A stretch of 64,000 nt of DNA, taken from positions 186,001-250,000 of the IMG/VR virus record IMGVR_UViG_3300029286_000009; one strand, given 5' to 3'. A program made the position numbers and the translations under genes. This document shows, one piece after another, positions 31,848-41,626 of the stretch. Under the pieces are notes generated by a model. It was not told the origin of the DNA. It searched no databases and worked only from the letters and a program-made list of their open reading frames with translations. Positions within the stretch are counted from its first letter, which is position 1. Each line of letters opens with the position of its first letter.

Positions 31848-32918
31848 ATGACAGAACGCTATCAAAATTTGGCTTTGACGTTGCGCCCGCAACAGTTCAA
31901 AAATTTTATTTACAATGATCACATTGTAACGATACTGAAGAACATTGTCACGTCTGGTAAAATTCCGGCAGGTTTGCTCTTCTCTGGCTCGCGGGGACTA
32001 GGGAAGACAACTCTGTCTCGTTTATTTGCCAGAGCAATTAATTGTAATAGCAGAAAAACTGCAGAACCTTGTGGTAAGTGTGAAAGCTGTCAATTATCTA
32101 TGGCACAGAGACATCCTGATATATTAGAAATTAGTGGGTCTACTAACGGGAATATAGAGGATATAAGGCGTATTATAGAGCAGGCTATGCTTACTCCGGC
32201 AATTGGTAACTACAAGGTATTTATTATTGATGAAGCTCAGGGGCTGGGCAGATCTACAGCTTCATGGAATTCACTATTAAAGATTTTAGAAGAGCCGCCC
32301 CCACATGTCGTTTGGTTGTTTTGCACGACTGAAAAGGTCAAGATACCTGAAACGATTAAGTCGAGGTTAATAACGTTAGACTTAAAGTTAATTCCTACCC
32401 CTATAATTGAGAACTACCTTAAGAAGTTGCTTGCTGATGTTAAAGGCGAATCGGTTGCTCCCGTTGTTGCTCGCGTTGCCTGTAATTCTATGCGGGATGC
32501 CCTGACTTTGTTAGAGAAAGTGATATTGTACTGTAAAACCCCCAAGATTGGGTTTACGGAAGCTAACGCATTGATAGCCTTGGGGGCGTTTGACGAAACC
32601 AAGACAGCCTGTATTCTGGATGCCATAAATAGACATGACTGTAAGGATTTGTGGTGTATACTAGAGGGGCTAGTTGATTCGGGGGTGGATTTTGATACTC
32701 TATATAATGATGCCTTAGTCGCAGGAGTTACTAATCTGATGGGAGTAATGTTGGGGGCACAGGTTGATAGAGGGGATTTGTATCAACCTTTTGTACAAAT
32801 GGGCTCTCCTCGTATATTATATTTATCGGACGTGCTGGCACGGCGTAGTAAGCAATTTCATGAGGCTGAAAATAAGAAGTTCGTTCTAAGACTAATAGCG
32901 TTGGAGTTGTGTGCATAA
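31848..32918 (+). CDS. dnaX: DNA polymerase III gamma/tau-like clamp loader
   Basis: LRPQ.F, GSRGLGKTT, PCGKCESC, KVFIIDEA, LLKILEEPP. Confidence 0.92.
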   Translation: MTERYQNLALTLRPQQFKNFIYNDHIVTILKNIVTSGKIPAGLLFSGSRGLGKTTLSRLFARAINCNSRKTAEPCGKCESCQLSMAQRHPDILEISGSTNGNIEDIRRIIEQAMLTPAIGNYKVFIIDEAQGLGRSTASWNSLLKILEEPPPHVVWLFCTTEKVKIPETIKSRLITLDLKLIPTPIIENYLKKLLADVKGESVAPVVARVACNSMRDALTLLEKVILYCKTPKIGFTEANALIALGAFDETKTACILDAINRHDCKDLWCILEGLVDSGVDFDTLYNDALVAGVTNLMGVMLGAQVDRGDLYQPFVQMGSPRILYLSDVLARRSKQFHEAENKKFVLRLIALELCA

Positions 32919-33796
32919 TGTATTTTTCTGATTTTATAAGCAACCCTACCAGGGCTAAGTCTTATTTTCTTTCAGGTAAAGATGATTTCCTGAAAGAATA
33001 TCTGGTGGGATACATTTCTAAGATGCACAATAAGTCAGTTATTCGTTTGGATAAAAAGCAGCCCCCGAAGTATATGGGTAGTTCATTCTTATTCAGGGAG
33101 GAACCTTTGTGGGTAGTTGATCCAGCAACCACTTTCATTCCCGAGGGGCTTGCTATAAAGTTAGGTAATAAAATAACTAAGCCTTATACTAGTGCTGGAT
33201 ATGTAGAGATTGTTTGTAGTTTGACTTTCGATAATCAAATTGAGGACTTTGTAAAGCAATTGGCTTTAGTGGCGGGGCTAAATACTAGTTCAGAGTTCAT
33301 CAAATATATATGTTATCTAAACCAATATGACCCATGTTCTTGCTGTAATACAGTTAACTTGATAAGTTTGCATAAGAACATTTCTTTCGAAGAGATACCA
33401 CTAATTAGTGGTAGTATTGTGAACCCAGATATAACTACTACTGTTAATCATTTTGTAGATGGGAAGTATAGTTACGTCTTAACTGACATTATACAGGCTA
33501 AGGTTGACTCTAGATTGCTTTGTTTCATTCTAGCAGATACGATTGCACGTGCCATGGATACAGTTGGGGTGGTGAAACCTACGTGGATGCAAAGGCGTTT
33601 ACTGCAGCTCTGGTCTAAGTTAGAACCACTAAATGTAGGTATTATTCTGTCTACTCTAAATTCAATCCATAGAGATATCTTGTCTCCCACAGCAGTCATA
33701 CGATCGCGTCTAGTTTATTTAGTGGCGTATATTGGGGGATGGTCAAATATTAACATAGGAGATGTCAATAGAAATAATGGATATTACGAAGAATGA
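32909..33796 (+). CDS. Probable clamp loader delta-like subunit
   Basis: Overlaps dnaX; N-terminal YFLSGKDDFLK resembles HolA. Confidence 0.45.
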   Translation: MCIMYFSDFISNPTRAKSYFLSGKDDFLKEYLVGYISKMHNKSVIRLDKKQPPKYMGSSFLFREEPLWVVDPATTFIPEGLAIKLGNKITKPYTSAGYVEIVCSLTFDNQIEDFVKQLALVAGLNTSSEFIKYICYLNQYDPCSCCNTVNLISLHKNISFEEIPLISGSIVNPDITTTVNHFVDGKYSYVLTDIIQAKVDSRLLCFILADTIARAMDTVGVVKPTWMQRRLLQLWSKLEPLNVGIILSTLNSIHRDILSPTAVIRSRLVYLVAYIGGWSNINIGDVNRNNGYYEE

Positions 33797-34603
33797 TAGG
33801 GCTTTCTATACTGCCGCTATAGACTTTGTGACTGAAAACCTTGAGATAGTAAACAATTTTGTTGCTCTAAATGGGTTGTCGGGGTCGTTGGGCCAGGATT
33901 TGTCTGACGTGGTCATAATAGGCATCAAGAAGTGGCTAACGAGTCCAGAAGGTGAGGGTTGGTTGGGTACCTTAGGATATAAACGTTCTGGTAAACCTGA
34001 AAAGACTTATTTAGATCGGGTATGTCCAGTTTGTAGCGGAATACATATGCGGTATGCTAATGTAAGATGTGAGCGGTGTGGGCGCTATATGTGCCATCCT
34101 TGTACGTCTGTAGTTGATTCTAGATATCATATCATATGGTGTGACCATTGTATCGCAGACGTGGCGTTAATAAACTTTCCTAGTAGCATTAGAGAATACT
34201 AGTTTTTTTATTTAGGAGGCTTATAATGGCAAGAGAGTGGGAGGAGACCCCAGAAGCTGACAATCTGGATTATGATGACAACCCCTACATTTCTCCGGGT
34301 GATAATGCTTCTCGTCGGTATTGGGCACGTGAAGCATGGTTATACCGCCCAGAAGACTTAGAGGAGCATGACAGTCGCCGTGGGACTGACCGGAGGTATA
34401 TGCGTGGTATGAACAAATATTTGCGAGACGAACTTCGTTTGCGAAATAATACTGAGGGGTTGGTTTGATGAAGAAAACAGGTAAATTTTTTCAGAAAATG
34501 TTAGGGGATATACATAACGAAACTTGTATGTGTCGGCGTTGTCGTGCTAGGGTAGATGCTATGGAAAGGCGTCCCATACGCTTAGACTCAATACGGAACT
34601 GGG

Positions 34604-35353
34604 ATGATGTTAGGGAAATTACCGAAGTTACAGAAGAATATAACGAATAGTCAAAATTTACGAGAGGCTGGACGTGTCCTACGGGACGCGTTCAACCTCA
34701 TCTTAACGTATGTCCAGCCGGGGGTCTCCTTGCAGGATATAGACTTTCGTGTAGAGAAATTCTTACGTCAAAACCACGCCTTGTCCACGCCCCGTCTCCT
34801 CAATTTTCCTTACCAGTTTTCGGCATCCATTAATTATGAAGTAGTAAATGGATACCCAGATGATAGGTGTGTGGTAGCAGGCGATATAATATCAATAGAT
34901 ATGGGCATTTTTTGTAGGGGTGTGTTTGTGGATAAAGCGGTGTCTGTTGCATTTCCTCCAGTTAGTGGTAAAGTAGCTTACTTACTTAAAGCCGCACAAG
35001 ACTGCTTAGATGTAGGAATACGGTCTTCTGCAGCGGGAGCTAATAATAAGATTATAGGGAAGATGATAGAAATGACAGCGAATTATTACGGAATGTCTAC
35101 ATCTCCTCGCTTCTCTGGGCATGCTATAGGTGAGGAGCCACATATGTATCCTTTAATACCCAATGTGGCTAACGCTGCGGTTGAGGAGGTTATACTGAGA
35201 GAAGGGCAGAGTATTACGATTGAACCCATAGTATTCTATGGCAGTTCTCATTCTATCGATTCTTCAAAACATCTTATTATTTCTGACTCAATAAGTGCTC
35301 ACTTTGAAGAGACTATAATTATTCATAGTAACCATGTTGAGGTTGTGACATGA
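34604..35353 (+). CDS. map: Methionine aminopeptidase (M24)
   Basis: GDIISIDMG, D, GHAIG..H, TIEP, SAHFEET. Confidence 0.88.
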   Translation: MMLGKLPKLQKNITNSQNLREAGRVLRDAFNLILTYVQPGVSLQDIDFRVEKFLRQNHALSTPRLLNFPYQFSASINYEVVNGYPDDRCVVAGDIISIDMGIFCRGVFVDKAVSVAFPPVSGKVAYLLKAAQDCLDVGIRSSAAGANNKIIGKMIEMTANYYGMSTSPRFSGHAIGEEPHMYPLIPNVANAAVEEVILREGQSITIEPIVFYGSSHSIDSSKHLIISDSISAHFEETIIIHSNHVEVVT

Positions 35354-35682
35354 AAGAACTTCTATTTGTTATATGTGCTTATTCACTGGCAAGTATACTA
35401 GTTGAACAAGGTATTTTTAAAGAGCCCCGCGAATGGCTAAAATCTTGTGTGGCAGACAATTCTAACTGGTTGCTACGCAAGTTTTGTGCTTTAATCCGTT
35501 GTATGTGGTGTGCGGGGGTATGGTGCGGATTTATACTATGTTGGATGGGGTTTAATATAGTAGATATAAATCACTGGGATTTTTTCTTTTGTGGGCTGAT
35601 AAGCGGTTTTACTACGTATTTAATTCATCAATTTATGTTGCGTTTAGATATATATTTGAAAGAATTTGGGATTGAGTCTTAA
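35350..35682 (+). CDS. DUF1360-like membrane protein
   Basis: IF...R and LI.C.WC.GVW within hydrophobic helices. Confidence 0.6.
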   Translation: MKELLFVICAYSLASILVEQGIFKEPREWLKSCVADNSNWLLRKFCALIRCMWCAGVWCGFILCWMGFNIVDINHWDFFFCGLISGFTTYLIHQFMLRLDIYLKEFGIES

Positions 35683-35700
35683 TTGGCTCTCTGACAGGGA

Positions 35701-36165
35701 ATGTTAATCGTGACCTATTGGGACGATGAGGATAATAGAAAGGTATTAAGGGAAGAAAAACTGCGTGAAAAGCGGGGGCTCCTTGTTAAATCTGCTCCTC
35801 CACCAGTTGAGTCAGCTATAGATAAAGAACATTTAGATAAGGTTCTTGCTATCTTAGAGCAACAAATGCAATTGACTGCCGCACAAACACAGCAGCTGAA
35901 CGAATTGCATCAAGCATTAGATAACCAAGGGCAGGTTTTATCTAAGCTTTTAGAAAAAGAACCTGTTGTTATAACAGAAGGTGGCATTACAAAAACTGTA
36001 AAGAGGGCTTCCGAAGAATTGCCTATTCTTGGTGATATTGATGTAAATGTTGTGGATACTTCAGGTATCGAGACACAGGGGGAGGCAGGAGAGCAAAAAA
36101 CAGAGGGCAATAGCGTAAAAGACCGTGTAGCTAGACTACGGGAATTAAAGAACAAGGGGAAATAA
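35701..36165 (+). CDS. Coiled-coil hypothetical protein
   Basis: Q/L/E-rich heptads; directly upstream of the actin-like gene. Confidence 0.55.
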   Translation: MLIVTYWDDEDNRKVLREEKLREKRGLLVKSAPPPVESAIDKEHLDKVLAILEQQMQLTAAQTQQLNELHQALDNQGQVLSKLLEKEPVVITEGGITKTVKRASEELPILGDIDVNVVDTSGIETQGEAGEQKTEGNSVKDRVARLRELKNKGK

Positions 36166-36167
36166 AG

Positions 36168-37223
36168 ATGGAGCAAAATCAGGAATTACTTAAAGAAATA
36201 CCGGTATCTATTTCTTATCTTTCAGGAATCGGAGTCGATATTGGAACTAGCTTTCTTCAAGTAGCGAGAGAGAGAACAGATGGCAAGGTTGAGTTTGTGT
36301 CTGAAAGGGACGCTTTCTATGCGATTAAACCCACGTCGGCGGTATCCGCAAAATTTATTGAAAAATCTCTTGTTCAGAAGGGGGCTTTTGTCTTAAAATC
36401 TGATGGCATCTTTTATGTAGTGGGTAGAGAGGCGATTGCTACAGCGATAGAAAGGGGTGGCTCGGTGGAGAGACCACTAAAGAAGGGTGTCCTTAGTATG
36501 AAGGATAAAGATGCAATGGGAATGCTTGCGGTTTTGCTTAAGTCGCTTGTCAAAGAAGCTCAAACCCCAGGAGAAATATGTGTTTATTCCTATCCGGCTG
36601 ACCCGTTAGACCAGTCGTTTGATGTAGTATATCATCAACATAGGATGGGAGAAATTCTAGGTAAAATGGGGTATAAAGCTGTACCACTGTTGGAATCAGA
36701 AGCTTTAGCGTACAGTGAGCTTATGGATGAAGATTTAACCGGAATTGCGGTTTCATGCGGTGCTGGTATGTTTAATTTTGCGTGTTTTTCAGTTGGACAG
36801 TGTCTTCTTAGCTTCAGTATAGCCCAAGGTGGTGATTACATTGATAAATCTGTAGCTAAACCTCTAGACATTTCGGAGACCGAAGTGCAGGCGGAAAAGG
36901 AAAGTCCAACTATGGATTTGAATAATCCTAAAGGACAGATACAAGAAACTATAGTGATGTATTATGACAATTTAATCAAATATGTTTGTGATGTCTTAGA
37001 AAAGAAGATTGGGCAGTTCGATGAAATGCCTAAATTCACTAAGCCTATAACTATAGTTATATCTGGAGGCACTAGTCTTCCTAAGGGCTTTATGGAAAAG
37101 ATGTCTGTTGCACTTTTATCTAAAAATTTTCCATTTACGATTGGCAACATAAAACGTGCAGGAGATCCGCTCACGGCAGTTGCGAATGGTTGTTTAATAT
37201 TTTCTCAAATGATGAGAGAATAA
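36168..37223 (+). CDS. Actin-like (MreB/FtsA/ASKHA) ATPase
   Basis: GVDIGTS, E.EA.A, CGAG, GGDYID, ISGGTS, P..AVA.G. Confidence 0.85.
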   Translation: MEQNQELLKEIPVSISYLSGIGVDIGTSFLQVARERTDGKVEFVSERDAFYAIKPTSAVSAKFIEKSLVQKGAFVLKSDGIFYVVGREAIATAIERGGSVERPLKKGVLSMKDKDAMGMLAVLLKSLVKEAQTPGEICVYSYPADPLDQSFDVVYHQHRMGEILGKMGYKAVPLLESEALAYSELMDEDLTGIAVSCGAGMFNFACFSVGQCLLSFSIAQGGDYIDKSVAKPLDISETEVQAEKESPTMDLNNPKGQIQETIVMYYDNLIKYVCDVLEKKIGQFDEMPKFTKPITIVISGGTSLPKGFMEKMSVALLSKNFPFTIGNIKRAGDPLTAVANGCLIFSQMMRE

Positions 37224-37240
37224 TCTTTAAGTAAAAAGGA

Positions 37241-38437
37241 ATGGAAAAAATGGGAAAGGAAATAGTAACAAAGGAATTTAATTTTATGGAAGACACTATT
37301 GTGGCGGTTGACCAAAACGATGTGTGGTATATTTCTCCACGACATATTTGTGAAAATGTAGGATTAGATTGGGCTTCTCAGAGTAGAAAAATTGAGAAGG
37401 AGTCTGAGAAGTTCAACCGTTGTCTTATGACAACAGTTGGTCACGATGGTAAACTGCGTGAAATGGTTATGATACCTGTGACACGTATAAATACATGGAT
37501 ATTGAGTATCAATGCAAAGCGTGTCAAAAACTTAAGAGTAAGAGCATATCTACGGAAATACCAAGATCAGCTATCCGATTGGTTGTATGAAGCGGGATTT
37601 CTAGGAGCGGCGGTAAATAAGGATGTGTTGTTACTCCCTGCGGAACGACAGGTGGAAGTATTGGGAGATGCTCTTCACAGAGCTCGCTTGCAAAGTGAAC
37701 CATTGAATGAGTATCAAGAGAAGATAGCGACCATTTTAGGTTTACCTGACTTAGAAGGGATGGATAAATATAAGACTCAGCGTCTGCAGATGTTGACAGA
37801 TGTTAAATTAGGTGTTGCTAGTCCTTTGTTCTCAAAAGGTTTGCGGGGAGTAGTAAGACTAACTGATGAACTATTTTACATCGCTTATATGATAGAAAGG
37901 TGGTGTGTTGATAAGCTGATTTGCTGTTTTCCACAAGACTTGCCCACGCCTGTGGCGATAGAGCAATATATAAGAGATAAAGGTTATTGTGAACCTTGGG
38001 TGGTTAAACCCATTAGGCACGCAGATGCACGAAGGGTGGTTAAGCTTAATACTCTGTTTAGCTATAGTATTTCTGATTTAATAATACGATTTAATAAACC
38101 AGCTGAATTGATACACAATGCTATGTTTAGAGTAGTAAAAGATATGGAGGATGTATTTACTGCGACTGAAGTTAAACTGGAACTTCCAGCCATAAGAGAC
38201 AGAGCCAGTATGTCAGCTAGGCGGGAGCAGTATATGAAAACGGCTGAGTGGTGGGATAAGCGAAACGCTTTTTTCAAAGTTTTCAATTGTTGTGTAGTTT
38301 GTGGGGATATGGAGGTTGCATCTTCGCGATTTGAGGCACACCACTTGCACTATGATACATTAGGATTTGAGTCACCTTGGGATTTAGTGCCCTTGTGTAA
38401 AGATTGTCATACTAAGGTAGAAGGAAGGAGTAGGTGA
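37241..38437 (+). CDS. P22 antirepressor N-terminal domain plus C-terminal HNH protein
   Basis: ICENVGLDWASQ..K, DGKLREM, WILSIN..RVK; CVVC...HHLHY...LCKDCH. Confidence 0.82.
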   Translation: MEKMGKEIVTKEFNFMEDTIVAVDQNDVWYISPRHICENVGLDWASQSRKIEKESEKFNRCLMTTVGHDGKLREMVMIPVTRINTWILSINAKRVKNLRVRAYLRKYQDQLSDWLYEAGFLGAAVNKDVLLLPAERQVEVLGDALHRARLQSEPLNEYQEKIATILGLPDLEGMDKYKTQRLQMLTDVKLGVASPLFSKGLRGVVRLTDELFYIAYMIERWCVDKLICCFPQDLPTPVAIEQYIRDKGYCEPWVVKPIRHADARRVVKLNTLFSYSISDLIIRFNKPAELIHNAMFRVVKDMEDVFTATEVKLELPAIRDRASMSARREQYMKTAEWWDKRNAFFKVFNCCVVCGDMEVASSRFEAHHLHYDTLGFESPWDLVPLCKDCHTKVEGRSR

Positions 38438-38992
38438 TATGGCAAAAATAGAAGAACCAATTACAATTATGGGATTTGCATGGATAGATGATGATGGTGT
38501 TGTAAATTGGGCAACTAGAGAGGATATGGATGGGGTTAAACCGAAAGATCGCCCTAAGGATTGCATTTCATGTGTCATCGAAATTACTCCAACTAACGAA
38601 TGGGTAGATCGTGCCAAAAATGAATATGATTTCTTGGGGGATATTGCAGGAAGAATCAATCAATTTAATTCTGATTTAGAAGCTTTACAGAAATCAATAA
38701 AAATAGGGAGGGAATGATATGGCCAATTTTATACCAATTGAGCATCTTAACGAGGATTACGACGCGGATAGATATGCGATGACCCCATCTCGCCGCCGTA
38801 AAATTCACAAACACCGCAAGGAGATGGACCTGTACGGACCGAAATTACCTTATGATTTCGGGATATTTCGGCATAAATTCGGTCACCGATTTTATGAGTT
38901 TGAAGCTGTTTGTCCTAAGTGCGGGTATATAATGTACGTTACCAAACTGACTTGTGCAGTAATATGTAAGTGTGGAGAATTGGTTAAAGTAG

Positions 38993-39226
38993 GTCAACCA
39001 CCCCACGCCTAAAGGCGGGGGCTTGAAAGAGCCTTGGTTGACTAGGGGGCATTAATTTGCAGCAGTTGAGAACCAGAAATACATACACACCCCAAAATAT
39101 TCCGCACGTTTCGGGCGACTGTGGTTGGACATTAAAAGTCCTGGTGGGTAGGGACGGTGTGTCCAGCTTAAAAACGGTTTCCAACAATCCCGATGCGGTC
39201 CCAACCTCAGAAAAGAGGAGCGAAAC
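38993..39226 (+). ncRNA. omega-RNA (HEARO-like) scaffold
   Basis: About 230-nt structured leader of iscB with GTCAACC/GGTTGAC closing stem. Confidence 0.8.
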
Positions 39227-40435
39227 TTGAGAGTATTTGTTAAAAATCAAAAAGGTAATCCATTAATGCCGACTACTCCAAGAGGAGCAAGAGTGCTTCT
39301 CTGTGCAGGGAAAGCGGTAGTGGTTAAACGAACACCGTTCACTATCCAACTCACAGCAGCAACTGGCGAGACAAAACAGCCTGTCGTCTTAGGTGTAGAC
39401 AGCGGCTTCACTCACGTCGGTTTATCTGCGGTATCAGACAGGGCTGAATTGTATGCGGCAGAAGTCTTATTACGCACCGACATGGTTAAGCTCAATGCCG
39501 AACGAGCAATGTATCGACGTAACAGGCGAAGTCGCAAGACATGGTACCGTCAACCGAGGTTCCTTAATAGGTCGAAACCGAAGGGTTGGTTGGCACCTAG
39601 TATTCAGCACAAACTAGACTCACATAAGAAGTTGATCGACAAGGTAAAAGGACTGCTGCCAATCACCAAGGTTGTTATTGAGGTTGCCGCATTTGATATT
39701 CAGAAGATTAAAAATCCTGAGATATTCGGCGAAGGCTACCAGAATGGTGAGCAGTCCGGTTTTTGGAATGTCAGGGAGTATGTATTTCACAGGGACAGCC
39801 ACAAGTGCCAAGCTCCAAAGTGTAATCATAAAGACAAAATACTTAACGTCCATCATGTTGTTAGCCGGCAGACAGGCGGTGATAGACCCCATAATCTAAT
39901 TACACTTTGTGAAACCTGTCACAAGAGTCACCATAAAAAAGCACTAGACCTTAAGATCAATGCGGGAAACGGATTCAAAGCAGAAACGTTCATGTCAATG
40001 GTAAGGTGGAGATTAACTCAGGACACAGGCTCACAACACACATTTGGTTATATCACAAAAACAAATCGCATTGCTGCACGTTTAGAGAAGTCTCATATCA
40101 ACGATGCTTTCATTATTGCAGGTGGTGGACAGAATCGGACCACAGCATTAACGATCAAACAAGTAAGAAAGTGCAATCGCAAACTATACAAAGGCAGCCG
40201 AAGCCACATCAGGAATACTGCCCCACGTGAAATATTAGGTTATCGACGCTTCGATAAGGTGAAGTGGGGTCGTGTTGAAGCCTTTATTTTCGGAAGACGA
40301 TCCACTGGCAATTTCGATATCAGGGACGGCAACGGGAAAAGTCTCCACAAATCTATTAACGCAAAACACATTAGGTTGCTGGAAAGAGCTTCAACAAGCT
40401 TGATTTCCAGAACCTCACTTCCTCCCCAGTGCTAA
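39227..40435 (+). CDS. iscB: IscB RNA-guided nuclease
   Basis: PLMP, RuvC-I GVDSG, RRNRRSRK bridge helix, IEVAAFD, HNH (VHH...N...CETCH), SHINDA. Confidence 0.95.
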   Translation: MRVFVKNQKGNPLMPTTPRGARVLLCAGKAVVVKRTPFTIQLTAATGETKQPVVLGVDSGFTHVGLSAVSDRAELYAAEVLLRTDMVKLNAERAMYRRNRRSRKTWYRQPRFLNRSKPKGWLAPSIQHKLDSHKKLIDKVKGLLPITKVVIEVAAFDIQKIKNPEIFGEGYQNGEQSGFWNVREYVFHRDSHKCQAPKCNHKDKILNVHHVVSRQTGGDRPHNLITLCETCHKSHHKKALDLKINAGNGFKAETFMSMVRWRLTQDTGSQHTFGYITKTNRIAARLEKSHINDAFIIAGGGQNRTTALTIKQVRKCNRKLYKGSRSHIRNTAPREILGYRRFDKVKWGRVEAFIFGRRSTGNFDIRDGNGKSLHKSINAKHIRLLERASTSLISRTSLPPQC

Positions 40436-40463
40436 AGCACGGGGTATCCGTGAGGAATATTCG

Positions 40464-40991
40464 ATGAGTCTTGATTATATAGAATCTTTATTTGATATTC
40501 TGGATGGCAAGGTAAACTTTTCCAATGTTGGGAAGAAGAAACGCGGGCGTAAAGCAGGTTATAAGCATTCTCAAGAAACTATAGAGAAGATAGCAGACCA
40601 GATGCGTAATCGCACTAAAACTGAGGAGGAGAAGAAAAAAATATCACAATCTTTACAAGGCATCCCCAAATCTAAAAGTACACGTAGAAAAATTTCTAGG
40701 TCTAAAAAGGGGGATAATCCTGTTAAAATTTCTGATGATTTACTCTCAGCATACAATGGAGCAAAAAGGGAAAAAGATGTTTCTACATCGACTGCAGAAT
40801 GGTTAGAAAGGTGTGGACACAATAGAGTTGAGTTGTGCGAGTGGATTAAGGCTCACTCCGATGAATTTAATGAATTTGGATTTGATGAATTTGAGAATGA
40901 GGCTGGGGATATATATACTGAGAAACTTCTAAATGAAGGGTTTTATAAAGAGTCCCCTATTGACCAAGATGCACACAATGAGGATAAGTAA
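40464..40991 (+). CDS. NUMOD3-repeat DNA-binding protein
   Basis: GYKHSQETIEKI, KTEEEKKKIS and KSTRRKIS repeats. Confidence 0.65.
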   Translation: MSLDYIESLFDILDGKVNFSNVGKKKRGRKAGYKHSQETIEKIADQMRNRTKTEEEKKKISQSLQGIPKSKSTRRKISRSKKGDNPVKISDDLLSAYNGAKREKDVSTSTAEWLERCGHNRVELCEWIKAHSDEFNEFGFDEFENEAGDIYTEKLLNEGFYKESPIDQDAHNEDK

Positions 40992-41620
40992 TGGCTGGTG
41001 ATAAACCCCAAAAGGGCATTAGGAATAAAGTGAATTATAATCCTAAGTCCAGAAACAATCTCACTCAGTATACACGACCAAAGACAGAGGCTGAAAAGAA
41101 GAAGCTTCTTAAGTCTATTGCGGCTGAAGCTGAGATAGATCTCGAATTATTAGAAGTTATTGTTCCAACAAAGAAGGTTTTTACGGATGAGGAGCAGAAG
41201 CGTTTTCTTAAACTTGTAAAATTGCATCTTACAGAATTAACAGAACAGGGAGCTAAGGTTACGACACAGGATATGCAGGCTTTGGCAAGTCTCTGTAAGA
41301 ATCTAGTAATGGAAGACCGGCTTCTGGAAGACGCCAAGACAAAGTTTAAGCAAGATCCCACTGCAATTGTCAATGTCATGGCGGCGGTGGATAAACTGAA
41401 GAAGGCAAATGAGAAACTTTCTGAGAGCTTGGCGACAAATAGGAATATAAGAGTAGATCCCAAGAGGGGGAGCAATATTACTATTCTTGATATTCTGGAA
41501 GCTTATGAATCAGAAACATTCGGTAGTGCAGAAGAACGGCTAGCTGTACTTGAGGCAGAGGAAGAGGAATTGGCAGGGGAAGATAAGTATGTCACGACTA
41601 TTGATGATATGATTAGGTAA
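40991..41620 (+). CDS. Probable terminase small subunit
   Basis: Helical 209-aa protein immediately upstream of terL; position-based call. Confidence 0.5.
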   Translation: MAGDKPQKGIRNKVNYNPKSRNNLTQYTRPKTEAEKKKLLKSIAAEAEIDLELLEVIVPTKKVFTDEEQKRFLKLVKLHLTELTEQGAKVTTQDMQALASLCKNLVMEDRLLEDAKTKFKQDPTAIVNVMAAVDKLKKANEKLSESLATNRNIRVDPKRGSNITILDILEAYESETFGSAEERLAVLEAEEEELAGEDKYVTTIDDMIR

Positions 41621-41626
41621 CTTGCC

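Larger units (their letters stand above)
38993..40463 (+). mobile_element. IS200/IS605-family IscB (OMEGA) element without TnpA
   Basis: Starts GTCAACCACCCC-hairpin; ends with hairpin CCCCAGTGCTAAAGCACGGGG; followed by ATGA. Confidence 0.88.
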
